Assembly (NCBI RefSeq): GCF_964204645.1
Contig: NC_134029.1
Coordinates: forward strand, 8,706,850-8,770,849
Source of the DNA: Tubulanus polymorphus
Lineage: Eukaryota > Animalia > Nemertea
Direction: 5' to 3'
Length of the DNA stretch: 64,000 nucleotides
Position numbers and translations under genes: made by a program. Below, in pieces: positions 60,301-64,000 of the stretch. Numbering within the stretch: the stretch's first letter is position 1; each line of letters starts with the position of its first letter. The notes beneath the pieces were generated by a model. That model saw only the letters and a list, made by a program, of their open reading frames with translations. It was not told the DNA's origin and ran no database searches.

Positions 60301-63300
60301 CAATGCAATGGATTTTCGAATTATGTAGTGAAAATAGGTGGAGATTGGGTTCCATAAATCAGCTACTACTATACATATAATCTATCTAGATTTCATTCCC
60401 TTCTTGTCTGACAGACTTAATCTTAGAAATAAATTTTCTTCTTTAAAATCTTCAATAGCATTTGTGAGGTTGACTGGTTTCATTTGTTCGTATTCTCATT
60501 TTTGTTCAAACTTTCACGCATGATTTTGAAAATCAATTCAGATATAAAGCAAAAAGGACTGTAATCTAATGGTTTCACTGAATTGAAACAAACAGTTTCG
60601 ACGATTTTACAAGGTAACAAAAAATGGATCGGTTAGACATGTAAGGCACGTTCACACTATCCCTAAAGAATGTCCTAAATGGGTTCGTACCTAAAACATG
60701 CCAAACTTTGAACGGGCCAAATCAGAGAGCGCGTTCACACACGCGTTTCTGAATTGGCTTCAGATAGTTATCACTGGCCCTGCAAGATGTCCCCATGAAT
60801 ATTTTCGGACGTTTCGCTAGTGCGAACGCTTGGTACGTTCCAAATTGGAACGGGTCAAATTTAGACCGTTCTAAATATCGTGCGAGCGTGGCTTACAGCA
60901 GCTTCGTCAGCAACCAATCATTTTCGAAGGAATTAGACACTTTCTTAGAAAATAGATACAAGCCTGATGCAAGCAAATTACATCACAACCCCCAGAATTG
61001 ATATAAAAATTGCTAGATTACGCACATCGTCGACTATAGTCAACTCGAAATCCCCGCTGAAATTGTAGCCATTGCTACACGTTTCCGTGGTGTTGTCGAC
61101 GGCTAGGTCAACGTACTCTCTACACGGGTCCGTTATCAGTTCATCCTCTAGATTCTTCTTCTTCGGTAAGATAGTCCCCGATGAAACATTGCAATTATAA
61201 TCTGGCATTCCACCTGCGAATTAAAAGAAAAACTATAAGATTCTAAGAATTTTTTTTATTAATTCAAATTAACAAAATAACACAGAAATATTGAAATAGT
61301 TTATAAAAAAGCACAATTTATAATGAGATCACATGAAATAGGTGCGTTCTAAAAGATATGTTGATTTGATTTAAACACTCGAGTGTAACACTAGATTTAA
61401 GTTGATCAAGAATTGCAATCCAAAGACTTTGACCGGCAATCTGAAGGCCCTCTCACCAAAACTACGGTTTGATATTTGCTTGACTAGTTGCTTTGATTGA
61501 CTAGAGCGAAGGGATCGTGTAGGTACGTAAACATTAAGAAATGACTTTAACTTATTCGCCGCAGTGTATATTAAGACATCTATATACGGGTTCAAGAACA
61601 TTAAATTCAGCTCTAACAGCAATCGGGAGCTAAAATGGAGGTCTTTCAGAACAGGAGTAGTATACTTCCTAGTTTTCATGGTCAATCTTGCAGAATTCTC
61701 TTAAATTAACTTATCGCGCACATCTCCAGCCGTTGGGAAAGACCTATACTCGATTGGTTATACGCATTCTAGCAATTTGCGAGAAGAAAAAAACCTAAAA
61801 ATGGATCGGAACTCAGTTAAGAATGAAAACGACGATGAAAGTATAACAAATTACTTTTTATCGCTACACTCGTATAATATGACACAGCGGACGAATATAT
61901 GCTAATTGACATTAATGTAGAAAGCAAATACATTTTGATACGTTTATGGATTGAATGTAAACGGAACACTACACCATTGACCCGTTAGCGTAAGCGCATT
62001 GCGGCCAGCAAACAATTTTCTGGCCGGGAAGTGGCTCGAAAATCAACCTAACAACTCAAAAAGATGCCCACGCATATCGGGCTCTTTGAAATAGATTCAT
62101 TTCATATCATTTCATAGTAACTTCGAAAATAGTATAGTAAACAAATGTATCGTAAGACAAATATGTATAATTACAATACGCATAACATAAATCTGATGGT
62201 AATATCAATGGTGATAATAATGATAAGTCATTGCTTCAGTACATTATGGGGATTCAAAAGTTGCTTTCGGTAATCTGCATAATTTGGACACAGTATTTTC
62301 AGGAAAATTAATATGTAGCTTATACTGACTGGATCTAGCTAAACCGAAGTGCGGTCAGCTTAAATTTTACATGTATATCCTGGACGTTCAAATATCAAGT
62401 GACGTCCATTTCCGATTATATAATGATTGCATTTTCCCACGGGTTACTTAGAAAAATGATGGCTAAACAATATATCGAGCTCTGCCACGGGTTAGAGCGG
62501 TATTTCTTAGGATTTTTTAATTATCACCGTAATTAACAGAAATGCACAATTGTATCCATTATGTATTTAAGTAATCACACAACATCCATTAATTACAGTT
62601 ATATGTCAGTTAAATAGTACGTGTGTACATGTGTATAGAATACGTATGTGGTAGATTCATGGGTTTGAATGAGCGCCTTGGGCGATACAATTTCCAGTCT
62701 CGATGAATATCATTAAGAGGAACCCACAATATCAATTTAAACAACTGTTAATGTTTTTTCTTATTTTCTTTTTCGAATAAACTCTGCAGATGGGTGGCGA
62801 AGGATTCCACCCGAAACGTAAGAAAAAGACAATAACATGACCCAGTTCCACAGTTGTAAGTTGAGATTTGATTCCGAGTTAAAACATTGAAAAAAACTAA
62901 TCTCAACAAATGTGGAACATGATCCAGTTGTTTGAAATGATGTTTCGGGTTTCTCTTAATGATAAGCATCTCGAATCTTGGTTCTGGCGAGTGCGCCTTG
63001 GAAACTTCCTAAAAATGTCCGCGTAGTGCTTAGCGGTTGCAATTCCCAGTTACCGACCGTGGGATTAGAACAATGACTACCGCATAATCGACTCAATGCA
63101 AACAAAAAATTAACGGGGGCAAATCGCTATATATTCATATAAAGACCATAAGAGATATACTCATAACAGGTCAATGGGATAATTCGAATACATGATGTAT
63201 TTGACTATTGAGCTTAAATCAATGTCACCGTTAAACTGGTAGTCGCAGAGAGTTTCCGACTGTGGTGGAGTTAACAAACAATGAATGAATGCTAACCATC

Positions 63301-63939
63301 ATTAATCAAAGACAAACAAACACGCAGGAAACCAGTAAACCATCGCCTAGACCCCGAGCCCGTTCAAATATTGCAAAAAGATTCAAATAAACATCGAAAT
63401 GTGCGTGTACGCACTTATTTTACGTAAACTCCACGATGATCTTGGCATAGTGTATAAAAATCAAGCAGCAATTGAAAAGATTAAGGAAGGCTTTTAAGGT
63501 GTGCACAATTTACATATAATAGCAATAACAACTTCTCTGAGCTTTGGAAAATGATTGCTTTTGGAAAATGATTGCTCTTTTACATTGCACAATTGACTAA
63601 GATGTCAAGACAATTCGAATTGGGCTTAGTGTAAAAGATTCATTGGACAATTAATTATCTATTACAAACATAGTTTCCTTTTAAAAAATATATATATATC
63701 TCATATCTAAGATGAGGTAAAATTAATTTCAGATTAAGTCAAGCATGAATGATATCATTTTATCTACATATATAGTGGTATAGTATAGATATAAAGAAAA
63801 TATAGGACTTACCGATAAAAACAATGGAGAGCATGTGCCAACATCCCGGTACATAGGCACAAATACTTAACAGGGCATAAGATAGCATTTGCCAACGGCT
63901 ATATCTCCCCAACCTGGTCAACGCCTCGTCGACTTCCAT
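54349..63939 (-). CDS. SLC22 family organic cation transporter (MFS), ~562 aa, complete
   Basis: Exons 63939-63813, 61213-61026, 59111-58881, 58712-58516, 57479-57162, 56904-56770, 55713-55628, 55125-54932, 54561-54349; 1689 nt, in frame. Motifs: MEVDEALTRLGRYSRWQ, Cys-containing first loop, LADMYGRK, RNWRYFQ, FPESIPWL, VELPAY, YGRR, GEIFPTNVRNTGMG, LPET. Confidence 0.95.
57687..58131. mobile_element. PIF/Harbinger-like MITE, ~50-bp imperfect TIR, 3-bp TSD (CAG)
   Basis: TIRs gggccagttttatagactggtattaactt..caatgg / ccattg..aagttgatatcagtctttaaaaccggccc; CAG at 57684-57686 and 58132-58134. Confidence 0.8.
60645..60893. mobile_element. Degenerate PIF/Harbinger-like MITE
   Basis: ggcacgttcacac.. 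/ ..gtgcgagcgtggc termini flanked by TAA/TTA; internal gaacgggccaaat duplicates. Confidence 0.5.
61255..61700 (-). mobile_element. L2/CR1-type LINE 3' fragment (decayed)
   Basis: Translation KYTTPVLKDLH...YVPTRSLRSS...SFGERAF...RTHLF matches the typical C-terminus of L2/CR1 ORF2; frameshifted. Confidence 0.75.
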
Positions 63940-64000
63940 ATTTATCTATATGTATATACTGATTTCCTAAACAAATATATAGTCCAGTCGTTGTTTCAGA

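Overview
AT-rich, intron-containing eukaryotic DNA from a bilaterian invertebrate. A spiralian-type animal is my inference; the species cannot be determined from sequence. I reconstructed six protein-coding genes by hand from GT-AG splice sites and phase continuity: (1) a divergent GABA-B-receptor-like class C GPCR (- strand, 12 exons, 3' end not found in the window); (2) a melatonin-receptor-like rhodopsin GPCR (-, 4 exons); (3) an ovo/OVOL C2H2 zinc-finger gene (-, 5 exons) with long non-coding flanks; (4) an intronless peptide-receptor-like GPCR (+); (5) an orphan Cys-rich, probably GPI-anchored protein (-) whose 5' end holds an in-frame TGA under the simplest gene model; (6) a complete SLC22 organic cation transporter (-, 9 exons). 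Non-coding DNA carries many MITEs, including four CAG...CTG-type elements with 5-bp target-site duplications, plus SINE/LINE remnants, tandem repeats and microsatellites. An inverted pair of minimal hammerhead-ribozyme motifs sits in a GPCR intron and is interrupted by a MITE. Most ORFs in the supplied track are spurious or are exons read through into introns. No prokaryotic-type system is present. All calls come from visual reading, with no database searches.
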